Origin: an uncultured Gemmataceae bacterium
GTDB lineage: Bacteria; Planctomycetota; Planctomycetia; Gemmatales; Gemmataceae
Length of the DNA stretch: 64,000 nt
Reading direction: 5' to 3'
Assembly: GCA_963750165.1 (NCBI GenBank)
Contig: CAVVPN010000003.1
Span: forward strand, 1,216,001 to 1,280,000
The translations under genes were made by a program, and so were the position numbers. The notes under the pieces were generated by a model, which saw nothing but the letters and a program-made list of their open reading frames with translations, was not told the DNA's origin and ran no database searches. Shown piece after piece: positions 37,728 through 47,791 of the stretch (position 1 is its first letter; the number at the start of each line of letters is the position of its first letter).

Positions 37728-39236
37728 TCACTGCAGCAACTCCTTGCGGATGCCCGTCTCCAGCCGCTGGATGCCCGTTTCCACCGCAGGCTCCGGCAGC
37801 CGCAGTCCGGCCTCCGGCTTCCACGCCAGGAACAGCGCCGCGCAGCCGGCCAGCGGCGCCAGGCCGACCAGGGCCAGCGCCAGCGAATAACTCTGCGTCT
37901 GCTGGACGACGTTGCCCACCAGGGCGTGCAGCAGCGCCATCGACAGCCAGCAAATGCAGCCCAGCGAGCCGGTCACCTTGCCCTGATGGCGAACCGTCAG
38001 TTCCTGGCTGAAGGCATAATAGACGGGGAAGACGCCGAGCGACCCCATGCCGATCACCAGCAGCAGCCCGATCAGCAGCGGCCCGGCCGGCAGCACGGCC
38101 AGCAGCCCGGTCAGCATGCCCAGCAGCGCACAGCCCAGAAACACCACCGACCGGCTGCCGTGGACCGAGAAGCCGAGCCGCACCAGGCCCAGCGCCACAA
38201 AGCCGGAGGTCAGCGAACCGGCGTCGGTGGCGAAGTTGTAGGCCATGATGATCCAGCCCATTTCCTCTTCCGTGTAGCCGACCTGCTTGACCAGGAACAG
38301 CGGCAGCCAGGCACGCAGGAAGTGCCAGAGTGTGTTGATGCTCACCACCAGCGTCACCAGCACCCAGAAGCGGCGCAGGAACAGCGGTCGCGGCAGCTTG
38401 TCGTCGTCGGCGGTGGCGCGGCGCAGCCAGCGGTAGACCACGACGATGCCCGCGGCGGTGACCAGCGCCTGCACCGCCAGGCCCGCCCAGGCCATTCCCA
38501 GGCGGACCTTCATATCGTGGGCGGCGAAGAACAGCACCCCCAGCGGCAGCAGCCAGCCGAGCACGCTCACCAGCGACGGCCCCGGAGCGGGCGGTGGCAG
38601 TTGCAAATCCGACGTGCGTACGCTGGGCAGCCAGCACGCCACCCAGACCAGGCCGAGACAGCCGACCACCAGGAACGGGATGCCCCACTGCTCCTTGCTG
38701 GGCGCCAGCCAGAAGACGAGCAGCGGCGTCAGAATGGCGCCGATGGCGGCGCCGCTCTGCAGGATGCTGTTGCCCAACGCGCGCTGGTGCGGCGGCAGGA
38801 TGCGCTGCGTGGTGCGCAGGGCGCTGGGCCAGTTGCCCGCCTCAAACAGACCCAGCGCGGCCCGGCACAACAGCAGCACCGCCAGGCCCTGTGCCAGGCC
38901 CGTCGCAAAGCCGGACGCCGACCACAACAGCACCGCCACGGCGTACAGCCAGCGCACGTTGATGCGATCCGCCAGCCAGCCGAACAGAATCGCCCCCAGC
39001 GCGAAGGCGTAGCCGAACGCCGACTCGATCAGACCGTATTCGAGTTCGCTGAAGCCGAGCACTTCCATGATGCGCTTGGCTTGCAGGTTGAGCGCCAGGC
39101 GGTCGATGTAGTTGAGCGAGGTCGCCAGCAGCAGCAGCACGCAAACATACCACTTCCAGAACTCGCCGCGTGCGGCCGGGGTCGGGGCGGACTGGGCGGC
39201 GAGCACCTTGGCGATTTCGGGGGTGGCAACGTGCAT
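37728..39236 (-). CDS. MFS transporter (ExuT/anion:cation symporter-like)
   Basis: LATSLNYIDR, GWLADRINVRW and LGLFEAGNWP. Confidence 0.9.
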   Translation of the reverse strand: MHVATPEIAKVLAAQSAPTPAARGEFWKWYVCVLLLLATSLNYIDRLALNLQAKRIMEVLGFSELEYGLIESAFGYAFALGAILFGWLADRINVRWLYAVAVLLWSASGFATGLAQGLAVLLLCRAALGLFEAGNWPSALRTTQRILPPHQRALGNSILQSGAAIGAILTPLLVFWLAPSKEQWGIPFLVVGCLGLVWVACWLPSVRTSDLQLPPPAPGPSLVSVLGWLLPLGVLFFAAHDMKVRLGMAWAGLAVQALVTAAGIVVVYRWLRRATADDDKLPRPLFLRRFWVLVTLVVSINTLWHFLRAWLPLFLVKQVGYTEEEMGWIIMAYNFATDAGSLTSGFVALGLVRLGFSVHGSRSVVFLGCALLGMLTGLLAVLPAGPLLIGLLLVIGMGSLGVFPVYYAFSQELTVRHQGKVTGSLGCICWLSMALLHALVGNVVQQTQSYSLALALVGLAPLAGCAALFLAWKPEAGLRLPEPAVETGIQRLETGIRKELLQ

Positions 39237-39409
39237 GGAGTCGGCTCGTGGTGGTCCGGGCGGTGGGTAGCGCTGCGGGTATGGGTCGAGTGTACCCGAC
39301 GCCGCGGCCGACAGCCAGCGGCTGCCGCAAAATTCCGCGCTGGCGATCCGGCGCCACCGCGACTACACTAACACCATTCCGATGACAAAAACTCTGAGGA
39401 GTCCCCGCC

Positions 39410-40402
39410 ATGATCCACCGACCCCGCCAGGCGGCGCTGCTGCTGACCGCGGCCCTCACCGCGCTGGCCGCGCCGCTCACCTTCGCGCAACAAGCCGGAG
39501 AGCCCATCCGCGACCGCACCAACTTCATCCCCTTTCGCAAGCACCAGCCGCTGCCGGGCAAGGTCGTCGGCGTCCTGCTCTACGACGGCCAGCCCGTCCT
39601 CCACGCCGAGGGCCGCTCCGGCCCGAACGACCAGCTCGTCCTGGGCCGCAACGGCGCCAGCTATCGCTGGGTCTACGTGCCGACGCCGAACGTCAAGCCG
39701 GTCATCAATAACTTGCAGGTGCCTGTCGGCGACAGGGGCGAGAAGAAAGTCTACCAGGCACTGGACATGGCCCGGCCCAAAAGCGTTCAGCACCTCGGCG
39801 TCACCGAGAAGTACACGCTGGTTGAGGTGAGCGTCAACGACGGCCTCGGCAGCCCACCGAACGACAGCTTCGTTGCCACCAATATCAAGGTGCTGGAGGG
39901 CACGCCGAATTTTCCCATCAAGACCGCCCAGGTCATCGAGGACCTGAAGCGGCGGCACGCCGACCACCTGCAGCGGCAGAATGCCGTCATCGAGCGGCAG
40001 CTGGCCGACGCGCTGAAGGCGGCGCTGAAGGACAAAAAGGTGACGGGGCCGCGGCAGAAGTCGGAGTTGATGTTCGTGACCTGGATGGAGGACAAGCAGC
40101 GGTTGCGCGTCCACTTCCGCACGACGATCAGCGACGGTGCCTATGAGATGGTCAAGGGCGGGCCTATGAAAATTCTGCCGCCGCAGAAGGGACCGCCGCA
40201 GAAGCGGCCGCGCGAGTTCCAGACGAAGGTCGGCACGACGGTCACGCTGGAGTTCGGTACGGCGTACGAGGTGGGCCGCGATGGCCGGCTGGTGGCGACG
40301 CACGAGCTGCCGTTCCAGGCAACCACTCAGCAGGTGAATCAGCGGATGATCGTCGGGCCGCGCAACCCGCCGGCGCTGCCGCTGCCGCCCGTGAAGCGGT
40401 GA
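39410..40402 (+). CDS. Secreted hypothetical protein
   Basis: GAGGAG RBS, signal peptide, GC3 bias. Confidence 0.78.
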   Translation: MIHRPRQAALLLTAALTALAAPLTFAQQAGEPIRDRTNFIPFRKHQPLPGKVVGVLLYDGQPVLHAEGRSGPNDQLVLGRNGASYRWVYVPTPNVKPVINNLQVPVGDRGEKKVYQALDMARPKSVQHLGVTEKYTLVEVSVNDGLGSPPNDSFVATNIKVLEGTPNFPIKTAQVIEDLKRRHADHLQRQNAVIERQLADALKAALKDKKVTGPRQKSELMFVTWMEDKQRLRVHFRTTISDGAYEMVKGGPMKILPPQKGPPQKRPREFQTKVGTTVTLEFGTAYEVGRDGRLVATHELPFQATTQQVNQRMIVGPRNPPALPLPPVKR

Positions 40403-40408
40403 TCGACT

Positions 40409-40458
40409 TCCGAGCCCGAGCGCCAGCGCGGGGCCCCTCGCTGGCGCTCGGGCTCGGA
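40409..40458. repeat. REP-like palindrome, family H (copy 2)
   Basis: TCCGAGCCCGAGCGCCAGCG...CGCTGGCGCTCGGGCTCGGA. Confidence 0.85.
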
Positions 40459-40617
40459 CGCTCACTTCGGCGGCAAGCTCGCAAGAGTTTGCCGGGAATT
40501 CGGCGCCGCGCGCGAGCGCTTGCGGCAATCGCGGGGTTTTCATTGGACAGAGGCGATTCGCCCGGCTATGTTCACACCATCGCTGTTCACCAGTCTGGAA
40601 ACCCCAGGAGGTAGACG

Positions 40618-41715
40618 ATGAAGCGCATCCCGTTGCTGGGCGTTATGGCGCTGCTGGCCTTTGCGGCGCCGGCACTCGGCCAGACGTCCGTAATCAAGAG
40701 GGCGGCCCAGGGCAACCCCGGCATCAAGTCCATCCAGGCCATCGCCTTCGCGCCGGGCGGCGTCCTGCTGATCGGCGACGCCCAGGGCAGCCAGATCGTC
40801 GCCATCGAGACCGGCGACACCACCCCGAAGCGCTGGACCATCCCCGCCATCGCCAAGCTCGACGAGAAGCTGGCCGGCCGCCTCGGCACCACCGCCAAGG
40901 GCATCGAGATCACCAAGATGGCGGTCAACCCCGTGTCGCTGACGCCGTACTTCGCCGTCAAGAACCTGGGCGACAAGAAGAGCCTGATTCTGACGGTCGA
41001 TGCCGCCGGCAAGGTCAGCGAGTTCAGCCTGGATAATGTCAAGTATGCGCGCGTCAAGCTGGACACCGGCGCCGACAAGGTGAGCCTGATTACCGACCTC
41101 GCCTGGGCCGACGACCGCGTCCTGGCGGCGATTCAGGCCGGCAAGACCTTCGCCAGCCGCATCATCTCCGTGCCGGCGCCGCTGGTGAATGACGCCAAGG
41201 CCGCGGCCTTCAGCACCGAGACGTTCCACGTCGCCCACAACAAGTGGGAGACGATGGCCCCCATCCGCACCGTCATCCCGTACAAGGAAGGCAAGAACAG
41301 CTACCTGGTCGGCGCCTTCACCTGCACGCCGCTGGTCAAGTATTCGTTGAACGACCTGCAGCCGGGCGCCAGGGTCAAGGGCGAGTCGGTCATCGAGGTC
41401 GGCAACGGCAACGAGCCGCGCGACATGTTCGTCTACGAGAAGGGTGGCAAGAAGTACATCCTGATGACGACCGTCCGCAAGTTCGGCCAGCCGTTCGGCA
41501 CCAGCCCGTACTGGGTGGTCAAACTCGACTTCAACGTGCTGGCCGAGCGCGAGAAGATCAACCAGAAGGCCCAGCGCCGCAACGTCAAGGCGGGCGAGTT
41601 CATGGTCGGCGCGTATGACGGCGTGATGCTCATGGACAAGCTCGACAGCGAGCGGGCGATGGTGGTCCGCAACACCAAGGGCGCCATCTCCCTGGAAGCG
41701 GTGGCGCTGCCGTAA
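40618..41715 (+). CDS. Secreted hypothetical protein, probable beta-propeller
   Basis: AGGAGG RBS, signal peptide, IAFAPGGVLLIGD and STETFHVAHNKWETMAPIRT. Confidence 0.8.
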   Translation: MKRIPLLGVMALLAFAAPALGQTSVIKRAAQGNPGIKSIQAIAFAPGGVLLIGDAQGSQIVAIETGDTTPKRWTIPAIAKLDEKLAGRLGTTAKGIEITKMAVNPVSLTPYFAVKNLGDKKSLILTVDAAGKVSEFSLDNVKYARVKLDTGADKVSLITDLAWADDRVLAAIQAGKTFASRIISVPAPLVNDAKAAAFSTETFHVAHNKWETMAPIRTVIPYKEGKNSYLVGAFTCTPLVKYSLNDLQPGARVKGESVIEVGNGNEPRDMFVYEKGGKKYILMTTVRKFGQPFGTSPYWVVKLDFNVLAEREKINQKAQRRNVKAGEFMVGAYDGVMLMDKLDSERAMVVRNTKGAISLEAVALP

Positions 41716-41744
41716 TGCGGTCATCGATGCTTTGAAAACACTGC

Positions 41745-41812
41745 GGCGAGCGGCGCGGCGTCAGCCCGCCGGTGCTCCGAAGTACCGGCGGGCTGACGCC
41801 GCGCCGCTCGCC
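41745..41812. repeat. REP-like palindrome, family D (copy 3)
   Basis: Same outer arms as 5702 and 33898. Confidence 0.9.
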
Positions 41813-41837
41813 TTCGCCGACTTCTGAGGGCTTTCGC

Positions 41838-42947
41838 ATGACCTCCCTGCTGCTGCTGGTCTGTCTGACCCTGCCGGCGCAACCGCCGCCGGTGCGTGTC
41901 GTGCCCGCGAAGAACCCGACGCAGGTGGAGGTCATCGCCGCGCTGCCCGCCAAAGCGCTGCCCAAGCTGCCGCAGGGCAAACTCACGCAGGACCAGGGCG
42001 AAACCGTTCTGCGGTTGGCTCTGCTGTCCGCGGGCGAAAAAGAACCTGGCGTCGCCATGCTCGGCAACTACGAGCGCCGCAAGGACGAGTTAATCTTTCG
42101 ACCGCGCTTCGCCCTGCAACACGGCCAGCGCTACCGGGTGTTTTTTGAGCCGGCGCCTGGCAAGGTCACCACCGCGGACTACATGGTGCCGGCGCGGAAG
42201 CCGACGCCACCGGCCATCGTGGAAAAAATCTACCCCACCGCCGACGTGCTGCCGGCCAACCATCTGCGCTTCCACATCCACTTCTCGAAGCCGATGCGCG
42301 GCGGCCCCGACCTGTTCGAGCACATCCAGCTGCTGGACGCGGACGGCAAGGTGATCGACGACCCGTGGCTGACCGACGAACTGTGGGACGCGGATGGCAA
42401 ACAGCTGGTGCTGTACATCCACCCCGGCCGCATCAAGTGGGGCCTCCTGTTGCGCATGCTGCTCGGCCCGGTGCTGGAGCCGGATCGGCGCTACACGCTG
42501 GTGATCGGCGGCGGCCTGCTCGACGCCAACGGGCAACCGCTCGGCAAGGACGTGCGCAAGCCATTCCGCACCAGCGCCGAGGATCGCGTGCGCATCGACC
42601 TGAAAGCGTGGAAGCTGTCGTCGCCGACGGCCGGCACGAAAACGCCCCTGGTGCTGACGCTGCCCAAGCCGGTGGACGTGGCCTCGCTGGAACAGTATGT
42701 GACCGTGACCGACATCAAGGGGGTCGCCATCAAGGGCCGCGTCACCGTCGGGGCGACGGAGAAGACGTGGACGTTTCAGCCGGAGCAGCCGTGGCGGGAG
42801 GGGAAATATCAGGTGAAGGTCAACGGCCGGCTGGAGGATCCGTGCGGCAACACGCCGTTGCGGCCGTTCGACCTTGACGTGGACACGCCGAGACTGCCCG
42901 ACCAGCCGCTGACGCTGCCGTTCCAGACGCTGAAAAGAACCAAATAA
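41838..42947 (+). CDS. Secreted protein with bacterial Ig-like (Big_5-like) domains
   Basis: IYPTADVLPANHLRFHIHFSKPM and WTFQPEQPW...LEDPCGN. Confidence 0.78.
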   Translation: MTSLLLLVCLTLPAQPPPVRVVPAKNPTQVEVIAALPAKALPKLPQGKLTQDQGETVLRLALLSAGEKEPGVAMLGNYERRKDELIFRPRFALQHGQRYRVFFEPAPGKVTTADYMVPARKPTPPAIVEKIYPTADVLPANHLRFHIHFSKPMRGGPDLFEHIQLLDADGKVIDDPWLTDELWDADGKQLVLYIHPGRIKWGLLLRMLLGPVLEPDRRYTLVIGGGLLDANGQPLGKDVRKPFRTSAEDRVRIDLKAWKLSSPTAGTKTPLVLTLPKPVDVASLEQYVTVTDIKGVAIKGRVTVGATEKTWTFQPEQPWREGKYQVKVNGRLEDPCGNTPLRPFDLDVDTPRLPDQPLTLPFQTLKRTK

Positions 42948-42984
42948 AGAAAGCTCACGCCTTTGCCTGAGCTTTTATCCTGAA

Positions 42985-44403
42985 TCAATCCACCTTCGGC
43001 CGCCGCGTGTGCCAGTCGGTCGCCTGCTGGTAGCGGTGCGCGATCGTCAGCAGCCGGGCCTCGCTCCAGACGCGGCCAGTGAACTGAATGCCCGTCGGCA
43101 GGTTGTTCTCGCCGAAGCCGTTCGGCACCGAAATCGCCGGCTGCCCGACAAGGTTGCCTGCCGGGATCAACGCCGGGCCGCCGCGGAACTTCGGATACGC
43201 CTTGTCGAAATCGACGCCGACCGGGTACGCCACGGTGCCGCGCAACGGCGCCACGAGCGCGTCAAACTTCGCATACAACTCGTCGAAGGTGCGCTTCATG
43301 ACCGTGCGCACGCGCAGCGCCTGGAGGTAATCGACGGCGAACACGGTCGTGCCGGCGTAGCCGCCCCAGCGGTCGTTGACGGCGCGCAGTTCACGCGGGC
43401 CGCCGCGGTCCAAAAACTCGCGGAAAGCGTTGGCCGCCTCAGCGCCGAGGATCGTGCTGACCACCGGCCCAAACGGCTGGCCCGGCAACTCCACCGTGTC
43501 AATGGTGCAGCCCTGCTTGCGCAGCACCGCCAGCGCCGCCTCGAAATTCTTGACCACCGCTTCCTGGCAGCCGGTCGTCGCATTCTTGACGACGCCGACG
43601 CGGAACTGCTTGCCCTTGTCCTTGGGCGGCTCCGGGTAGTGGAACGCCCGCGTCACACTGCTGGCGTCGCGCGCGTCGCGGCCGGCGATGGCGGCCAGCA
43701 CGATGCCGCAACAGTCGGCACTGCGGCACATCGGCCCCAGTTTGTCGAGCGTCCAGCTCAGGGCCATGGCGCCGTGGCGGCTGACGCGGCCGTAGGTCGG
43801 CCGCAGACCGCTGACGCCGCAGAACGCCGCCGGCGTCATGATCGAGCCGGACGTTTCCGAGCCGATGGTGAACGCACACAGCCCCGCCGCCATTGCCGCA
43901 CCAGGGCCGGACGACGAGCCGCCCGACCAGAACTTGGTGTTCCACGGTGTCCGGCACGGCCCGGTGAACGAGGCGTCCGCGTTGTTGTAGCCGAAGCCGC
44001 CAGCCAGCTCGACCATCGCCAGCTTGGCCACCAGCACCGCCCCGGCGTCGCGCAGCTTGCGCACCACCGTGGCGTCGTAATCGAAGACCTGCTTGCGATA
44101 CGGCTCGGCGCCCCAGGTGGTCGGAATGCCGGCGGTCGCCAGCAGGTCCTTGACGCCGTAGGGGACGCCGTGCAGCGGGCCGCGGTACTTGCCCGCCCGC
44201 ATCTCCTCGTCGGCGGCGCGGGCCTGCTTCAGCGCCAGGTCGCGCGTCACCGTCACGACGGCGCCGAGCTTGGGGCCGAGCTTTTCCAGGCGCCCAAGGT
44301 ACGCCTCGGTCAGCGCCACCGGCGACACCTTGCGCTGGCGGAGGCGGTTGCCCAGCTCGCGCAGCGGCAGGAAGAGCACGTCGTCCGAAATGTCCTGGGC
44401 CAT
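42985..44403 (-). CDS. Amidase-signature family enzyme (GatA/AtzE-like)
   Basis: GPLHGVPYGVKD, SGGSSSG and IGSETSGSIMTPAAFCGVSGLRPTYGRVSR. Confidence 0.92.
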   Translation of the reverse strand: MAQDISDDVLFLPLRELGNRLRQRKVSPVALTEAYLGRLEKLGPKLGAVVTVTRDLALKQARAADEEMRAGKYRGPLHGVPYGVKDLLATAGIPTTWGAEPYRKQVFDYDATVVRKLRDAGAVLVAKLAMVELAGGFGYNNADASFTGPCRTPWNTKFWSGGSSSGPGAAMAAGLCAFTIGSETSGSIMTPAAFCGVSGLRPTYGRVSRHGAMALSWTLDKLGPMCRSADCCGIVLAAIAGRDARDASSVTRAFHYPEPPKDKGKQFRVGVVKNATTGCQEAVVKNFEAALAVLRKQGCTIDTVELPGQPFGPVVSTILGAEAANAFREFLDRGGPRELRAVNDRWGGYAGTTVFAVDYLQALRVRTVMKRTFDELYAKFDALVAPLRGTVAYPVGVDFDKAYPKFRGGPALIPAGNLVGQPAISVPNGFGENNLPTGIQFTGRVWSEARLLTIAHRYQQATDWHTRRPKVD

Positions 44404-44433
44404 GAGCGGCACTCCATCAAGCAGGGGTGGGCG

Positions 44434-44763
44434 TCAGCCGGGCACGTCCGCCGGGAAAACGGTGGCGGGCTCGTCGTGACTGGTCAGCGGGAAGTCGCGC
44501 AAGCGGCGGGCCATGGCCAGGCCGGCGCGGATGCGCTGCTGGATCCGTTTGAGTTGTTCGTCGGTAAGGAACTTGCCGTGCCGGCCGCGTACGATGCCGG
44601 CCAGCGACGCGGCCTGGGCGGTCAGGGTTTCGGCGGCGGCCGGTGGATCGCCGGCCTGCGGCACGGGCGCCGCGGCGGCGGGCGCGGCGGCGGTCAGCGG
44701 CGCGACGGCCACCAGCGCAGCCCGTTTGGCGAACTGGCGGCGCGTGGGTTTGGACTGACTCAT
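44434..44763 (-). CDS. Small Tat-signal protein, probable amidase partner subunit
   Basis: GGAGG RBS; PTRRQFAK twin-arginine motif plus hydrophobic stretch; C-terminal LRDFPLTSHDEPATVF. Confidence 0.75.
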   Translation of the reverse strand: MSQSKPTRRQFAKRAALVAVAPLTAAAPAAAAPVPQAGDPPAAAETLTAQAASLAGIVRGRHGKFLTDEQLKRIQQRIRAGLAMARRLRDFPLTSHDEPATVFPADVPG

Positions 44764-44799
44764 GACAGAACCTCCTCGAAGGGACCGGGCCCCTGTCTG

Positions 44800-44878
44800 T
44801 TCTGCCGCTTGCGGCTTAGCGCGCTGCACCCCTCCAGTGACAGGCATTTGTCAGAGCGCTAAGCCGCAAGCGGCAGAA
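44800..44878. repeat. REP-like palindrome, family I (intact copy)
   Basis: TTCTGCCGCTTGCGGCTTAGCGC...GCGCTAAGCCGCAAGCGGCAGAA. Confidence 0.88.
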
Positions 44879-45091
44879 ATGCTGCGGACAGCGTACCGCA
44901 GCGGCGCCGCGGAGACAAGCGCGAACCATTTTGTGGCGGCGTGCCATTGCCCACGGCGGCCGGCTTCGAGTACGATCAACCGACGACAACCCCACTCCCA
45001 ATCCGAGGCGGGCACGTCCGGAAGAGCCTGGTGCCGGCCGCCGCCGCTGGGGCCGTAGCGTTCCTCTACCTTTCTCCAGCAAGGAGCCCGT

Positions 45092-47785
45092 ATGCGTACG
45101 CACACGCGCCGCCGACTCACGTTCGCGGTCCTGGCCGTCACCGCCGCCCTGACCGCCGCGGTCGTCTGGCACAACGCCTCGTCCAGCGCCAACCAGTTCG
45201 AGAAAGACAACCAGGCCGATCCGCTGGCCGACAAGCAGGCCGCCGCCGCGGCGCTGCCGATCACGCAGGTGGTGCTGTTCAATAGCGGCGTCGGCTACTA
45301 CCAGCGCGAGGGCGATGTGCAGGGCGACAACCACGTCGAATTGTCCTTCCCCGCCGGCGAGGTCAACGACCTGCTCAAGAGCCTGGTATTGCAGGATCAG
45401 GACAAGGGCAAGGTCGGCGTCATCACCTACGACAGCCACGATCCCGTGGACAAGACGCTGCGCAGTTTCGCCGTCAACCTGAACGGCAACCCCACCTTCG
45501 CCCAGATTCTCAACCAGGCCCGCGGCGAAAAGGTGGAAGTCGTCTACCGCCCACGCAAGGAAGCGGCGGTCGAGAAGCTCAGCGGTATCATCGTCGGCAT
45601 GGAAGCCCAGACCCAGCGGATCGACAAGGACCGCGTCGTCGAGGTCGAGTTGCTGAACCTGCTCAGCCGCGCAGGCTTGCAGAGCCTGGCGCTGGAGCGG
45701 GTGGAATCGGTGCGCTTTTTGAACCCGGCGCTGCAGACGGAGTTCGAGCGAGCGCTGCAGGTGGTGGCGTCGGCCCACGACACGCAGAAGAAGACGATTC
45801 GGCTGCAGTTCGTCGGCAACGGCAAGCGGCGCGTGAAGGTCGGCTACGTGGTGGAGCGGCCGATCTGGAAGACGAGCTATCGGCTACTGATTCAGGACGA
45901 TGGCAAGCTGTTCGTGCAGGGCTGGGCGCTGGTCGAGAACACCAGCGACGACGACTGGAAGGGCGTGCGCGTCGTCCTTGTCTCGGGTCGGCTCATCTCC
46001 TACCAGATGGATTTGTACACGCCGCTGTACGTGCCGCGGCCGGTGGTCGAGCCTGAGTTGTTCGCGTCGCTGCGGCCGCCGGTGTACTCCGGGGCGATGG
46101 GCGGCGATAAGGTGGATAGGTTGTCCCTGGAAGAAAAAATCAGACCGATGCAAGATAGCGTGGTGGGAGGGAAAGGCGGCCGATTCGGCAAGAAAGTGAA
46201 GGAGCAAGAGGAGGAGCGGGAACGGGAGCCGGCCACCGGGAGGCTGCTCAAGAGCCCTTACCTCAACCTGCTGCGGTCGGGCTCGGACCCGGCGATCAAC
46301 TACTACGGCATCGTCCGGCCCGAAATCGCGTTCCCGAAGAAACTGACCTACGAGGAATTGCAACAGCGCCGCGCCGAGCAGGAGAATAAGAAGGACGAGG
46401 CCAAAAAGATCGGCGCCTCAGTGACCGGGATGAACTTCAAGGAGGGCATCACCTCGGTGGCGACCGCGGAGGAACTGGGCGACTACCACCAGTACGTCAT
46501 CGACCAGAAGGTGACGCTGCTGCGGCAGAAGTCGGCCATGCTGCCCATCCTCAACCGCAACCTCGAGGGGCGCAAGGTCAGCATCTACAACGAGAGCGTT
46601 CACGCCAAATACCCGCTGCTGGGCCTGCGCCTGAAGAACACTTCAGGCCAACCGCTGACGCAGGGGCCGATCACCGTTTACGAGGATGGCGCTTATGCCG
46701 GCGACACGCGCATCCTCGACCTGCAACCCAACGAAGAACGGCTGCTCAGCTACGCGCTCGACCAGGGCACCGAGGTCAAGGTGACGAACAAGGTGACGCC
46801 GAGCCCGGACATGCACTTCAAGATCGGCGGCGACAACCTGACGGCCAATTACAAACTGCGGCAGACGCGCACCTACACCATCAAGAACCGTTCGCCACGC
46901 GACCGCCAGGTCATCCTCGAACACCCCATCCGCAGCGACTGGCAGCTGGTCTCGCCAGCGAAGCCGAAGGAACGCAGCCGCGATGTCTACCGCTTCCAGG
47001 TGTCTGTGCCAGCCGGCAAGACCGGCACCTTCGATGTGGTCGAGGACCAGAAGCGGATCGACGTGGTGGCGCTGACCACCACGAAGGACGTGCCGCCGTT
47101 CTACGCGGTCGCGGCCGGCGTCGAGGTCAAGCCGCTCGTCAAGGTCGAAGCGGATGAACTGCTGAGCCTGAAGATCGTCAAGGGCGTGCTGCTGCCGACG
47201 CACCGCACCCGCGAGTCAAAGACGTACTTCATCCAGAATACCAGCGACGAGGACCGCACGTTCACGGTCGATCACCTCGTCCGCAAGGACTACAAGCGTC
47301 TGAGCCCGGACGGCGACCAGACCGGCCCCGCCGCGTACCGCTTTGAGCTGAAGGTGCCGGCGCACAAGACCGGCCTGAAGGAAGTGACCGAGGAGTGCGT
47401 CCACCAGGCCCGCGCGGAGCACTTCAAGCGCGCGACCCTTGAGGATGTGCGGCCCGAGTATTTGACCAGTCCGGCGGTCAACGCCAGGGTCAAGAACGCG
47501 CTGAAGAAGTATCTCGACCTGAACGCCCAGGCGACCGAGACGAAGCGGAAACTGGACGAGCAGAAGGAGCAGCTCAAGATTTTGACGGAGGACCAGGCCC
47601 GGCTGCGCGAGAACCTCAAGATCATTCCGCAGACCGCCGACGAGTACAAGGGCTTCCTGCAGAAATTCGTGGCCCGCGAGGCGGAGATCGACGCTCACCA
47701 GAAGCAGGTCCGCCAGCTGGAGACGGCACTGCTCCAGCAACAGCGCGCGGTCGAGGCGTACCTGACGGCGCTGACCGCGGAGTGA
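45092..47785 (+). CDS. Secreted DUF4139-domain protein with duplicated C-terminal beta domain and coiled-coil tail
   Basis: LPITQVVLFNSGVGYY, VNDLLKSL, PIWKTSYRL, QGWALVENTSDDDW and GPITVYE...YAGD; duplicated TYTIKNRS/TYFIQNTS units. Confidence 0.85.
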   Translation: MRTHTRRRLTFAVLAVTAALTAAVVWHNASSSANQFEKDNQADPLADKQAAAAALPITQVVLFNSGVGYYQREGDVQGDNHVELSFPAGEVNDLLKSLVLQDQDKGKVGVITYDSHDPVDKTLRSFAVNLNGNPTFAQILNQARGEKVEVVYRPRKEAAVEKLSGIIVGMEAQTQRIDKDRVVEVELLNLLSRAGLQSLALERVESVRFLNPALQTEFERALQVVASAHDTQKKTIRLQFVGNGKRRVKVGYVVERPIWKTSYRLLIQDDGKLFVQGWALVENTSDDDWKGVRVVLVSGRLISYQMDLYTPLYVPRPVVEPELFASLRPPVYSGAMGGDKVDRLSLEEKIRPMQDSVVGGKGGRFGKKVKEQEEEREREPATGRLLKSPYLNLLRSGSDPAINYYGIVRPEIAFPKKLTYEELQQRRAEQENKKDEAKKIGASVTGMNFKEGITSVATAEELGDYHQYVIDQKVTLLRQKSAMLPILNRNLEGRKVSIYNESVHAKYPLLGLRLKNTSGQPLTQGPITVYEDGAYAGDTRILDLQPNEERLLSYALDQGTEVKVTNKVTPSPDMHFKIGGDNLTANYKLRQTRTYTIKNRSPRDRQVILEHPIRSDWQLVSPAKPKERSRDVYRFQVSVPAGKTGTFDVVEDQKRIDVVALTTTKDVPPFYAVAAGVEVKPLVKVEADELLSLKIVKGVLLPTHRTRESKTYFIQNTSDEDRTFTVDHLVRKDYKRLSPDGDQTGPAAYRFELKVPAHKTGLKEVTEECVHQARAEHFKRATLEDVRPEYLTSPAVNARVKNALKKYLDLNAQATETKRKLDEQKEQLKILTEDQARLRENLKIIPQTADEYKGFLQKFVAREAEIDAHQKQVRQLETALLQQQRAVEAYLTALTAE

Positions 47786-47791
47786 GGGTTT

